A DNA stretch of 64,000 nucleotides. Origin: Octopus sinensis (taxonomy: Eukaryota). Each line of letters begins with the position of its first letter. Position 1 is the first letter of the stretch. Below, one piece after another: positions 1 to 12,284 of the stretch. Made by a program: the position numbers and the translations under genes. Under the pieces are notes generated by a model. That model was given only the letters and a program-made list of their open reading frames with translations, searched no databases and was not told the DNA's origin. The stretch is from positions 49,786,001 to 49,850,000 of the forward strand of contig NC_043010.1 in NCBI RefSeq assembly GCF_006345805.1, in the 5' to 3' direction.

Positions 1-5
1 GAAGT

Positions 6-48
6 CCACCTGAAGATTGTCGATCAAGACAAGAAACAATTGTAGTGG
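6..48 (+). ncRNA. Minimal type I hammerhead ribozyme motif, probably in a Penelope-like element terminal repeat
   Basis: CCAC(6-9) CTGAAGA(10-16) TTGTC-GATCAA-GACAA (5-bp stem II) GAAAC AATT GTA(42-44) GTGG(45-48). All core nucleotides are present, stem I CCAC/GTGG pairs and stem III ACAATTGT is palindromic. Confidence 0.8.
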
Positions 49-351
49 CGGTTTTTTTGACTATTTATTAAAATTTTATGTATTGATTAAGTCTTTCCTT
101 GTTTGTTTTGCAAAATAGTGGTTTTGTCTCTAATAATATTTTATAATATTTTACTATAAAATTGGATTTAATCCTAAATCTGATTTTTTCCCTGTAAATT
201 TGGATTTATTCCCTAATATTTATTATTATATATATATATATAGTCATGCTGGGGCACTGTCTTGGGGAATTTTTAGTCTAATGAATTGACTCCAATACTA
301 ATTTTTAAGCCTGTTATTCTATCAGTCTCTTCTGCTGTACCACTAAGTTAT

Positions 352-665
352 AGTGGCACATGGCTTAGTGGTTTGAGTATTCATCTCAAGATCATAAAGT
401 CGTGAGTTCAATTCCCAGTGATGCATTGTGTTCTTGAGCAAGACACTTTATTTCACGTTGCTCCAGTTCACTCAGTTGGCAAAAATGGGCAGTACCTGTA
501 TTTCAAAGGGCCCTACCTTGTCATATTCTGTGTCACACTGAATCTCCCTGAGAACTATGTTAAAGGTATATGAAGTGCTCAGCTACTTGTACATTAATTT
601 CACAAACAAGCTGTTCGATCGAGCGGATCAACTGGAACCCTCGTTGTCGTAACCAACGGAGTAGA
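352..665 (+). mobile_element. tRNA-headed SINE nested inside a minus-strand SINE of another family (pieces at ~241-350 and ~670-960)
   Basis: A-box-like TGGCTTAGTGG and B-box-like GAGTTCAATTCC. The body matches copies at 10187, 16356 and 19855. The flanks are two halves of the family seen whole at 34777-35195. Confidence 0.75.
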
Positions 666-1344
666 ACCTTGAAGGGTTCTAGTCAAACAAATTGACCCTA
701 GAACTTGCGTTTTTGAAGCCTTGTACTTATTCTATCGACGTCTTTTGTTAAACCGCTCAGTCGCAAGTACTCCAGGTCGTAATACACCAGCACCGAGACA
801 TACATATATATATACGACAGGCTTCTTTCAGTTTCCACCTACCAAATCCACTCGACAGGCTTTAGTAGAAGACCTTGCTCAAGTGCTATGCAGTGGGACT
901 GAACCCGGAACCATGTGGTTGGGAAGTAAGCTTCTTACCACGCAGCCACGCCTGCGCCTATACACACACACACACACACACATACACACGCCGTAGCTTA
1001 TTTTTAAATTTTGCCATGAAACGATATTGCTTTTTGATAGAATTGTACTGTTTATTGTGGTGACTTGTAATGCCGGTGCATAAACCCACTCCTGTAAAAT
1101 ATTTCTGCACCGAATACTGGTGTGGAATAAACCTCCCAGCACTAACGTTCCCTTTTTAGCTAACTGGCAACCAAGTGCTGTTTTTCCACCCCATCCCCCC
1201 CCACTTCATCCACACTCCCCTCCTTTCCCTTCCCTTTTCAATTGACATTTCAAGTACTATATCCTGCCTCCCCTGGTGGTTCCTTTCGGAGGTTGTCATC
1301 AATTTGGTTTGCCATGTGGTTTTCATGAGGTTCACATGATTTCT

Positions 1345-1366
1345 TACCATTGCTTGTGTGTGTGTG

Positions 1367-1410
<44 letters not shown>

Positions 1411-1572
1411 GTATATATATATGATATATATGTATATATATATGTATATATGTGTATATATATATATATGTATATATATATATGTATATATATATGTATA
1501 TATATATGTATATAATATATGTATATATATATGTATATTATATATGTATATATATATATATATATATATGTA

Positions 1573-1606
<34 letters not shown>

Positions 1607-1630
1607 GTATATGTATATATATATTATATG

Positions 1631-1663
<33 letters not shown>

Positions 1664-1846
1664 GTATTATATATATGTATATATATATATGTATATATAT
1701 ATGTATAATATATGTATATATGTATATATATATATGATATATATATGTATATGTATATATGTATATATATATGTATATATATATGTATATATGTATATAT
1801 ATATGTATATATATTATGTATATATATATTATATATATATATGTAT

Positions 1847-1887
<41 letters not shown>

Positions 1888-1909
1888 GTATATATATATT
1901 ATATATATG

Positions 1910-1960
<51 letters not shown>

Positions 1961-2132
1961 GTATATATATATGTATATATATATGTATATATATATGTAT
2001 ATATATATGTATATATGTATATATATATGTATATATATATATATATATATAATATGTATATATATATGTATATATATATGTATATATGTATATATATATG
2101 TATATATATATGTATATATGTATATATATATG

Positions 2133-2176
<44 letters not shown>

Positions 2177-2192
2177 AATATATATATATATA
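1345..2192. repeat. Compound (TA)n/(TATG)n microsatellite array, ~850 bp
   Basis: Read directly; it explains the overlapping Y/I/M/C ORFs. Confidence 0.98.
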
Positions 2193-2609
2193 TTCCGTTC
2201 TTTTTCTATTAAGCGCTCACACACGACATTCATCCAACGTTCTCCTCTCCTTTTTATAAATAAAAGTGACCAGATAACTAAGATAACCTTGTACAATAAA
2301 CCGATCGCTTTACATATGACACTTCCTTCATTCACTCTTAAATAAATGGGCTGTTATCATCATCATCATTGTTATTATTATATAGTGTTGCCATCACGAA
2401 ACCAACCCTTAGTTTGCCTAGACTATCCATCCTCAGGTTCACCGTTGTTTATATTACTGCCTGGTCGTGTTTCTTACCGCGTCCTCCCCCGAGCTTGTGT
2501 TGTGTTTTGTCTTATTCTTATTTTTACTATTTTTTCTCTCCCTGAGATTGTATTATACAGTGTAAGATTCCACACTTTCGCACCCAAACATATACATATG
2601 TGTGTGTGC

Positions 2610-2643
<34 letters not shown>

Positions 2644-3047
2644 TGTTTAGCCCGCCTCCTACTTCAGTCCTCAGAGGTGTCCTCATTCAGTTTCTATCAC
2701 TGAAAGACTGGTAAGTACATCAGTCTGAGCAAACTAAAAGAGGAAACACCTTTGTACAATGAGACTAAAGCCGTTTTAGAAAAAGTAGTATCAGCGAAGA
2801 AGGAAGGAAGGAAGGAAGGAAGGAGGGAGGGATGGGAAGAGAAATGGGTTAGGCGAAGGAGGTGGGAGAGTGAGAGAGAGAATTAAAAGTAAAAGAAGAA
2901 AAAAAACATAAAAAAAAGAACAACTACAAAACAAACAAAACAAACAAGGCAAGCAAGTAGACTTTTCACAGTGGCTGTGTTCTCAAACACCATTAATACT
3001 CACTAGATTAAAACTGGTAGTGGCGGCGGTGGAGACGACGACGACGT

Positions 3048-3078
<31 letters not shown>

Positions 3079-4135
3079 AATGGTGGTTGGTTGGCTGGCG
3101 AAGTTAGCGGTGGCACAGGTCCATGGTGTATTTACTTACTGGCTTGGGCTTCCAGACTGGCAGGCTGTATTTATTGCAATCATTTGCTAAACTGACTGAG
3201 GTGTGTCATGCTGGGTCACTGATTAACATGAGAAGAAGTCTTGCTATGGAAATGATTACCATAACATTCAAGGCTACAGCTGTCCTCCCCGCCCCGTCCC
3301 CCTCTACTCGACAGAAAGAAAGTAAGAAAGAAGTAAAGAAAGGCTTGTGAGAGAGTGTATGTTTGTATGTATGGAAGTTTTTTTTTTTTTTTTGTAAGTA
3401 TACATATATGTATATATGTGTGTGTATGTGTCGTCGTTTCTCTTGACTAGAAGATCACTGGCAGGTCAGGTGAGCCAAGCCGTGTTAGCTCGCCAACTTT
3501 TTTTTTTTTGTCTCCCCCCCCCTCCCCACCCCACCCCACCACTCGCTTCTTCTTTTTCTATTTCCCATAATCCTTCTCTCGTTGGTTTTTATCATCATGC
3601 CTTTACAACTAACTACTGTTTACCCGACTTTTTGGAAACCTTACTATTGCGCTGTTTCACTCCCTCCACCCACCACCATCACCACCGACCGACCGACCGA
3701 CCAACCAACCAACCCACCCTCCCCTCGCTCTCTCTCTCTCTCTCTCTTTCTCACTTTCTCTCGTTAGCTCGTCGCTTATTCTAGCGAGGTTGGCTCCGTT
3801 CCCATCCTGTTTTCTCCTACCTCTCTCACTCTTACTACACACACCTTCACATATACTATAAAAGCTCTTCGTTATCATCAAGTTGTTGATACAGTTGTCA
3901 AGTGACAGTTTTTTTTTTTTCCTACTCTCATCTCTCTCTCCCCCGCCTTCCTTATCGCCCTCGATTTCATTTTTTTTCTTCCCCTTTTTTTTTGTTTGCT
4001 CTTCACCACCACTACTACCACCACCAGACATTTTTTACAAGACGGAGGATTTTTTTATTTTATTTTTTTTTTTTTTTCCTTTTAATGTTTAAAACAAATG
4101 TCTCAGTGAAAAACTACTGCATTTACCTTTTGTAG

Positions 4136-4224
4136 TTGTGGATTCAATATTACGAGGCGTTGAGGTTGGCATAACATCGAGGCGCAGACCAAGGAATACG
4201 AAAGAAAACGACTGCAAATTAAAC
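4136..4224 (+). other. Probable non-coding 5'UTR exon of an unidentified plus-strand gene
   Basis: Acceptor tgcatttaccttttgtag|, donor AAAC|GTAAGT, 89 nt, no ATG. Confidence 0.55.
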
Positions 4225-5884
4225 GTAAGTCTATTTATTTATCTATTTACTTATTATTTTTCATAATGTTATAAAGGGGATCGACCCTAATTGATTATTA
4301 TCTCCTACATCTTCCTTGTTTTTTATTTATCAGTCTGCATCGAAATTATGCTAACATGTGGTGTTTCTCTACACAGCGGAAACTACGAAAATCTCATCGA
4401 TTTGCTTATTTTTGAAGTTTGAATACACAAAACACTTCCTCCAAACTTACTCATCGCAAAACTTTGCCGTCCGTCCGTCCCTTCACCACAGTTGTTTCCT
4501 TTTATTCATATTTTTTTTTAGTTCGTTTATATATATTTATCTTTGTTTTTTTCCCCTCTTTCTCTCTCTCTCTCTGTTTATTTTATATTATTATTACTAC
4601 TGCTACTACGATTACTACCGACCAATCCTAACTGGTGGACTTGCGTGCGTGTGCGCGACCGCGTGCCTTTAAACAGTGACTACTGTCTTTTTTTCTTCTT
4701 ATCTACTGGAATTGCGACTTGACATGGTTTGTTTGTCTAAGTCTGAGTCACATCAAGGTCACGTGTATTTGACTGGCTTGCTTGCTTCAACAGATGAGAT
4801 AAACAGATAGCTATTCTGACCTACTTGTACCCACTGCAAAGTTCATGGCCTCCGTCCAATTGATAGACGACGCTCCAGCTACGGTTTCAACATTCAAAAA
4901 ACAACAAAAAAAAGTGACTACATTCACCACCACTTATTTATTTCTGTACAAATATCTCTCGCCAGACAAGTCCTCAGTGAAGTTTAAACAATAATGTACT
5001 TGAGTTTTTCAAGTACTTTAAACACTTCTCTTTTCACTGGATTTGTTTATTGTATCAAAAAATGCTAAACCCGTTGGTGTATAAACTTACCGAGGCTATA
5101 TAATTAAAAAGAAAAAGAAATATTAAATCCCGAGGGTAAGAGGATGTTTTATCGATTTACTGTAATATTTTTTTTTGCTTTAAACACGTATTGCCTGATC
5201 TCTCTCTCTCTCTTTTCCTCATCCATTCTTATACTTCGCTAAATGCTGCGTATACGCAAATATGTGCTTTATAAAATCCTGTGACCTTCCCTATCGGTTA
5301 ATGTTGTCCCCGCTGAAGTATAAATCTTCGTTGGTTCTCGTTTTTTGACTTCGATGAGTTCATCCTCTCCTCATACGCACGTATATATACGGTACACGTC
5401 GCCGTGTGAAGGCGGTGTCCTAACAGCTTTAACTTAGACTAAAGAACATTCCTTTTTGTATGTTTTACTTTAACAAGGATAGTTTTGATAGTGGCTTCGG
5501 AGTTTTGACCTGTCTAGCTTTCACTGGGCTATCCGATGAAGGCTAAACTGTCCGAAACTTCGAAATCACTGTCAACTATTCTTAAAAATATGTACTCTAC
5601 AAAAAGTATTTTGTAATCCTTTAGTTTAATGTAAAATTATTTTTATTATAACTCGACATAAAAAAATGCTTATATATATCTATATCGTATTTCGGGACGG
5701 TCATTTTTCCAATTAAACACGCACTGTATATTCGTTCTTCACTTGTTTGTTACTGTTCTTGTTCTAACTTCTGTTCATTGTCCGGAAATCTTTTGTCACA
5801 CATCTGTGACCGCCCTCGCTACGCTTTCTTCGTGTCTTGGTCCAAACGAGTGAAGTTCGAATGCAACACATATTCATAAACATG

Positions 5885-5923
<39 letters not shown>

Positions 5924-6862
5924 GCATCTGGATTCAGCAATGTTTCATGCTTGCTCTCCCTATAAAGTCGATTTAAAACTATCAGTGTGTGTGTGTGCGC
6001 TGTGTGGAAGATTCGTGTTATGGTTAAAGTTGTCTCTCGTCGGTACCTTCCAACATCAAGTTAATTTGATCCATCTAGTTAAAAATTAAAAAAGAAAATA
6101 CCAAAACATTTTACTTTGTTAGTTGATCTTGAGGAACAGAACTGAATAAACTATATGTGATTAATTAAAAACACGTAAAAAACGCAAAAACAGAACAAAA
6201 CACATCAGCGACATGTGAAGAATGGAATGTACACACACACATGAGGTTTTCGAAATTTTAAATAGTGTTGTCATACTGGTAGTGCCACAAATTATGTTTG
6301 TAGTAATATTTACTGTTTACTTTTGTTTTTTTGTTGCATCAATTCATTAGTCGATTCCAATCTGTGTGTGTATATAGCGATGGTAGAGAGCAAATTATTT
6401 AGAATACGATAAAAAATATATATATATAAAAGAAGAATCTAGTTGATAATCCGGTTTGTAGTCCATAATTGAATCATCTCTGTTATAAAAAACTTAGTCC
6501 TGGAAGTAGTGGGCGATATCGATTTATCTTGATTTCTATCCATTCGATTTTCTTCCCATCCCCCATCGTCTCTCTTTCGAAAGTTCTGAGGCATTTACAA
6601 GTTTGCGTCCAACTTTTTTGTCCCCCACCCAACCCCACCACTTCTTCCGTTCTTATAATTTTACTATTGGATTAGCAAGACTATAAAACATAGTTTTGTC
6701 TTAATTCAAATTGTGCACATTTACTTCATCCACCTTTTCTTTCTTTCTCATAATTATTATTTAGTTCGATAATAAGGCACAGTAACAATAGATCAAACGT
6801 CTTTTTCAGTATCTTCTTCGTCGAGGCGATATTATCTGAATAGGTTTAAGGTTTTTCAATCG

Positions 6863-6916
<54 letters not shown>

Positions 6917-7066
6917 GACGAAGGCAAAGTATGCGCACACCCGGTGTTTAGGGTTACGGTTACGCCGAAAACGGGTGGTGTGCGTATTCTTTACCACACC
7001 CCCACCCCTACCCACATATAGAATTACTGCTAACTAATCGCTCTTACATAACCCCGGATAAAACCT

Positions 7067-7156
7067 CATTTACTCGTATTTGCAAGTCGCACCTCAGTTT
7101 TTTTTCCTGTCAAAATCGAGTATAAAATAGTGCGGCTTATACACGTGTAAGTACGA
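7067..7156. mobile_element. Short pogo/Tigger-like MITE remnant
   Basis: Imperfect inverted ends tttactcgtatttgcaagtcgcac ... gtgcggcttatacacgtgtaagtacg resemble pogo-type TIRs. Confidence 0.5.
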
Positions 7157-7179
7157 TGTGGTGGTCTCTCACAGTCTAC

Positions 7180-7405
7180 GAAAGCCGGTTTTACAGTTTC
7201 TTGCTTGAACAACGTGCACAAATGATTCGTTTATAGTGATCAAAATGTACGTGCTGTACATTAGCTCGACGTTGCCTGAACAGGTGCTCAGTGTTTCACA
7301 CGACAGGTGTCGAAATGAATGCAAAGCAACGTGAGATGGAGTGTTTTGCTCAAGAACACAACGCACCCCCGGGTCCCGGGAACTGATAGCACGATCGTGG
7401 GTGCA
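7180..7405 (-). mobile_element. SINE fragment
   Basis: The reverse complement contains tgcgttgtgttcttgagcaaaacac...tcacgttgc, shared with the SINEs at 352 and 16356. Confidence 0.65.
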
Positions 7406-7415
7406 CACTCTAAAC

Positions 7416-7602
7416 CAGTGCTCCGCAACCTTTTACACCTGCGGTACACTTATATTATTGTCAAAATTCGGCGGCACACCTGAACTAAAAATATAACTAA
7501 AGATATTGGGGGGATTTTTATATATTCATGTTATACTGCGACAAACCTAGCATCGTATCGTGGCAAATCAGTGTGCCGCGCCATACCGGTTTTGGAGCAC
7601 TG
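7416..7602. mobile_element. hAT-type MITE (187 bp) with perfect 8-bp TSD
   Basis: TIRs CAGTGCTCC...GGAGCACTG; TSD CTCTAAAC at 7408-7415 and 7603-7610. Confidence 0.92.
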
Positions 7603-8264
7603 CTCTAAACCTCTAGACCGTGCGCCAACACTGTCTGTGTGTGTGTATGTGTGTAAAGGTCACACATAGTAAGTGAATGCTTGTTGGTTGTTTCCACGTT
7701 GTATATTCCAGTTATTTGATCAACTAAATAATCTATTACCATGTAAGTGGGAGCTGTACCTTTTAACGTTAATGTTTGACAATCAAATTTGACAAGGCTG
7801 ACACTTGGTCTTAGAGGTACAGACCATTCCAAAATTTCTGTCAAAATTATGCTACACAGTGGGAAACGAACCTAAAGACCTCACGACTTCAGAGTTAACT
7901 GCTTAAACCATTCAGCTATGTTAGCACACAATCAGAATATAAATCCACTCAGGGCATTGTGTGTAAAATATTCTGATCTTTTGTTCGTATTCCTATTTAC
8001 ATAGCTATAAATATTCTCTAAGTTCCTAACTTCACACGCTATTGTTCTCTTTTATGTCATAGCGTCCCATTGAAAAACCAACCACATGGGTATTCAATGA
8101 TTTCATACATGTATTTTGTTCATATTTTATTGTTTTTTTTTTTTTTACTGATGGCAGTATATAGAGGGTAATTACAGTACTATATATATATATGTGTGTG
8201 TGTGTGTGTATACATATATTTGAATATATGCATGTATATATGTATCTGTGTGTATATGAATGCA

Positions 8265-8295
<31 letters not shown>

Positions 8296-8394
8296 ATATA
8301 TGTATGTGTATATGTATATACATGTAAGTGTATATATAAATATGTATAGATGTATATGTACGTGTTTGTGTGTGTGTGTATATGTATATGTGTC

Positions 8395-8665
8395 ATCATC
8401 ATTACTGTTTAATGTCCGCTTTCCATGCAGGCATGGGTTGGACAGTTGACTAAGGACTAGCAAGCTGGGAGGCAGCACCAGGCTCCAATCTGATCTGGCA
8501 AGGTTTTTACCGGTACATGCCCTTCCTAATGCCTATCACTCTGAGAGTGTAGTGGGTGCTTTTTGTGTGCCACTGGCACGAGAGCCAGTCACGCAGTACT
8601 GGCATTGACCACAATCAAATGGTGCTTTTTATGTGCTGTCGGTGCAGGAACCAGTCAGGTGTCAC
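8395..8665 (-). mobile_element. RTE-type LINE 3' tail / RTE-tailed SINE
   Basis: (CAT)n tail followed by the conserved 3'UTR sequence (...ccatgc..gcatgggttggac...gatgcccttcctaatgcc) also seen at 38165, 54580 and 60911. Confidence 0.7.
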
Positions 8666-8669
8666 TGGC

Positions 8670-8694
8670 ATATATATATGTATGTATATATATA

Positions 8695-8738
<44 letters not shown>

Positions 8739-8777
8739 TATATATAATATATATATATATATATTTGTGTGTGTATG

Positions 8778-8817
<40 letters not shown>

Positions 8818-8908
8818 CATATATGTATATATATGTATGTAGATATATATACATATATGTATATATATGTATGTAGATATATATACTATATGTATATATA
8901 TGTATGTA

Positions 8909-8941
<33 letters not shown>

Positions 8942-9043
8942 GTATATATACATATATGTATATATATATGTATGTAGATATATATACTATATGTATATAT
9001 ATGTATGTAGATATATATACATATATGTATATATATATGTATG

Positions 9044-9075
<32 letters not shown>

Positions 9076-9390
9076 GATATATATACATATATGTATATAT
9101 ATGTATGTAGATATATATACATATATGTATATATATGTATGTAGATATATATACATATATGTATATATATGTATGTAGATATATATACATATATGTATAT
9201 ATATGTATGTAGATATATATACATATATGTATGTAGATATATATACATATATGTATATATATGTATGTAGATATATATACATATATGTATATATATGTAT
9301 GTAGATATATATACATATATGTATATATATGTATGTAGATATATATAACATATATGTATATATGTGTACATATTTATATGCGTGTGTATG
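8670..9390. repeat. (TA)n array containing a ~34-bp higher-order minisatellite (ATGTATGTAGATATATATACATATATGTATATAT)
   Basis: The unit is repeated about ten or more times from ~8820 to 9350. Confidence 0.95.
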
Positions 9391-9687
9391 TATGTATAAA
9401 AGATTAATGAGTGCATTCGTTACATAAATAATATTTTCAGGTTAAATAAAAAGACAACGAATAAAAAATATGACATACCTATGTATATAAATACTTAATA
9501 CACAGGTGAACAGAAAGCACAGAAGGTCACCAATTCTTCATCAGTTACTGGCCAGAGGGTCAAATGTAATTTCAGCCATTATCGATAATATATACATATA
9601 TAGATATATGTGTGTGTGTGTGTATGTGTATACATACACTCCTGCTAGCATGGGAGGCAGATGTTAAGCAATAATGATGTGTATGTT

Positions 9688-9734
<47 letters not shown>

Positions 9735-10186
9735 ATAAACATGCATATACATAAGTATATATATTTGTATAACCAGATGGAAACAAACATGGAGGCCGTT
9801 GGACCAGAACGAGAGGAAAATGGTGAACACTGGGAGAAATATTTTCTTTGTAAAGATAAAAGAAGAGAGAGATAGAAGACATCCAGTCCTTAGAATGTCA
9901 TGCAGGAAAAGAAAGATGGACGATGGTCATGTGTGAGCAACGAGAGAGAGAGACAGATAGAAAAGGGTGAAGGGTAGAAAAAGGGAATTAGAAAAGGATG
10001 GGGGAGAAATCAGTATAGATAAACTTACTTGGAAATGGGCGCATGGTGTTCAATTAAAATATGTATATGTATATAGATATGTGCGTGTATATATACATGT
10101 GTATATGTATATATAAATATGTGTATGTATGTGTATTTATATATACATATGTGTATGTATATATACATATATGTGTATGTATATAT

Positions 10187-10562
10187 GTGGAGGCACAATG
10201 GCCCATAGGTTAGGGCAGTGGATTGTCGTAGGATCGCGGTTTCAACTCCCAAACTAGGCGTTGTGTTTATTGAATGAATATACCTAAAGCTCCACAAGGC
10301 TCTGGCAGGGTGAGGTGGCAAGCCCTCCTGTACTCTTTCACCACAACATTTCTCTCATACTTTCTTCCTGTTTCTGTTGTACCTGTATTTCAAAGGGCCA
10401 TCCTTGTTACACTCAGTGTTACACTGAATCTCTCCAAGAACTACGTTAAGGATACACGTGTCTGTAGTGTGCTCAGCCACTTGCATGTTAATTTCATGAC
10501 CAGGCTGTTCCATTGATCGGATCAACTGGAACCCTTGTCATCATAGCCGATGGAATGCCACG
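10187..10562 (+). mobile_element. tRNA-derived SINE, near full length
   Basis: GTGGAGGC..ATGGCCCA..GGTTAGGGCAG head with A/B boxes; colinear with 19855-20240. Confidence 0.85.
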
Positions 10563-11530
10563 TTGGTGTGTATATATATATAGATAATGTTAGTTTTTAT
10601 GTCAAGTTATAATCAAAATGTTTTTACATCAAACTCCATCCTTTTTGTAGAATACATATTTATTCTTTAACAAGAATAATGTTGGCAATGTCTTCGATGT
10701 TGCAGCTTACTTAGACATCATTAGACCATCCGATGAAGACTGATACTTTGAAGTGACTATCAACATCATTTTTGTTTAATAATAATATGTTTCTGTGTGT
10801 GGTATGTGGTTGGCCTTTTTCAGGTCTTCTTATGTGATAAATTGTCATTCTTGTTTATCTGGTGTTTGGTTCCATTCCTTTATGCTTGAAGTTTGAATCC
10901 ACATTGTGAACAGCTGTACTTCCAGGGATCTGTTTAACCAACATGTCTTCCCTATCCCTAAATTTGTTACCTGGCAGTAACATTGCTTTTACATTCTGTT
11001 TTGTCTTTAGTTCGGTTTTTGTCTGGGTTAATTTCATCTTCCATTTTTCTGGGAGTAAACAGGTACTAGTTAAAGAATGGAGGTTGATTTAAACCAAACT
11101 ATATTTTTTTGAAATTTCTGACTTTGTGCTTGCTTTAGAAATAATTATTATTGTTATCATCATTAGCAAAGTAGTTTTCCATTTGTGTTTTACTAAGTTC
11201 ATTTAACTGAGATTTCACCTCAAAAGCTATGCATAATCTGAGTAAAGAGAGATTTAATCTTGACATGCAAGCTGAAACAGATTAATAGTAGTTAATCTCT
11301 TTAAAATAGTAATTTAGTTCACATGATTGGCAGAAGACCTGTTATCAATTCATTACATCTGTCAAATATAAAATGCTGAAGTTTATTTCTCTCTCCCCTC
11401 CTTTTTGTCTTTCTTATCTTTGTCAGTTATAACTAAGATGACTTAGTCCTTGGTACTTATATGACTCATTGAAGTGTTGTCAGGATAGCCAACCACCACC
11501 ATCAGTCAAGAATGTGGCTGGTGAAACATC

Positions 11531-11800
11531 CAATTCAATTCAATTCAGTTTTTATTGGCTCAAAAAGTAAAAGCAAGGCTATGTAGGGGGACAGGGAGGG
11601 TGGTCATACAAAGAGTTCAGGCCATTTCTGGTCAAGAGAGACTTTGAACCGAGCGGTTGTCGGCAGCTTATTCCACGGAACCGCAACCCAGACAGAGAAA
11701 GCCCCTCTCCTTCGATTGAGATGAAATCGTCGTAGATAGAGCTTTTCGGAGTGCCCACAGCCCACGATCTGGAGCAGGAGTGAAGAACAGCTCTTTCCAT
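11531..11800 (-). mobile_element. CR1-type LINE 3' end with (GAATT)n tail
   Basis: The minus strand translates GHSEKLYLRRFHLNRRRGAFSVWVAVPWNKLP, matching the CR1 RT C-terminal pattern RGH..KL...R.....R..FFS.RV...WN.LP. The pentamer tail is at 11531-11548. Confidence 0.85.
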
Positions 11801-12102
11801 TTAGGATTCTTTAGAGGACAAATGGTAGGGTGGAGAAAATTGGTATCATTGTAGGTAAGATTTTATGTATTGACTGGGTCTGTCTATCCCAGACGACTTT
11901 CAACTCAGGAGCCACATTATGCATGCACTCTTTCAATATCCAACTGGGCATTGACTTTCAGAAGTTATGTTGAATAGATTGTGGCATGCAGATCTGATCC
12001 AGTTATTGACTGAGTCAGTGAAAATTTCCCTACAACAGTCTTTGACTGGGAAGAGCAGTTAGTTTTTCTCTGTCTCATGCAGTTGTTCTCAAACATTTCT
12101 TT

Positions 12103-12138
<36 letters not shown>

Positions 12139-12284
12139 TTTGCTGCATTTTCCAGTTTTAGCCCTATTTCATGTCTGACAGGTTCATGTGCACAATTGTA
12201 CTAAATGTTTATAATAGGACTTCCTGTTATAAACTTAGTGACATGGATTAAGTTGTTTTATTGGCACTAGATTCTAGATGTCTA

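Larger units (their letters stand above)
2300..7600. promoter_or_regulatory. CpG-retaining promoter/5' regulatory region
   Basis: CpG dinucleotides are frequent here and scarce in the unique sequence downstream. The region holds GA/CT tracts, GC boxes (e.g. CCCCGCCCC ~3288) and several plus-strand splice donors (after 2710, 3469, 4224). Confidence 0.6.

Noticed and set aside
1358-2335. Long Y/I/M/C-rich ORFs (also 8563-9416 and others)
   Set aside because: Translations of (TA)n/(TATG)n microsatellites, which lack stops in some frames.
3123-3350. 75-aa plus-strand ORF
   Set aside because: No recognisable motif or splice context; it runs into low-complexity sequence.
5688-5830. Possible hammerhead with a long stem II loop on the minus strand (GGGCGGTCA/TGACCGTCC then GAAAT)
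   Set aside because: No CUGANGA box and no stem I pairing; at most a decayed repeat.
6946-6965. Telomere-like TTAGGG-TTACGG-TTAC (possible telomerase RNA template TAACCCTAA on the minus strand)
   Set aside because: Only 9 nt, expected by chance; it is followed by (TA)n rather than a pseudoknot or H/ACA domain.
9525-9560. CTGATGAAG on the minus strand
   Set aside because: No stem II or GAAA downstream.
11480-11520. Exon-like GATAGCCAACCACC...GCTG
   Set aside because: Weak donor (GTGAAA) and poor pyrimidine tract.
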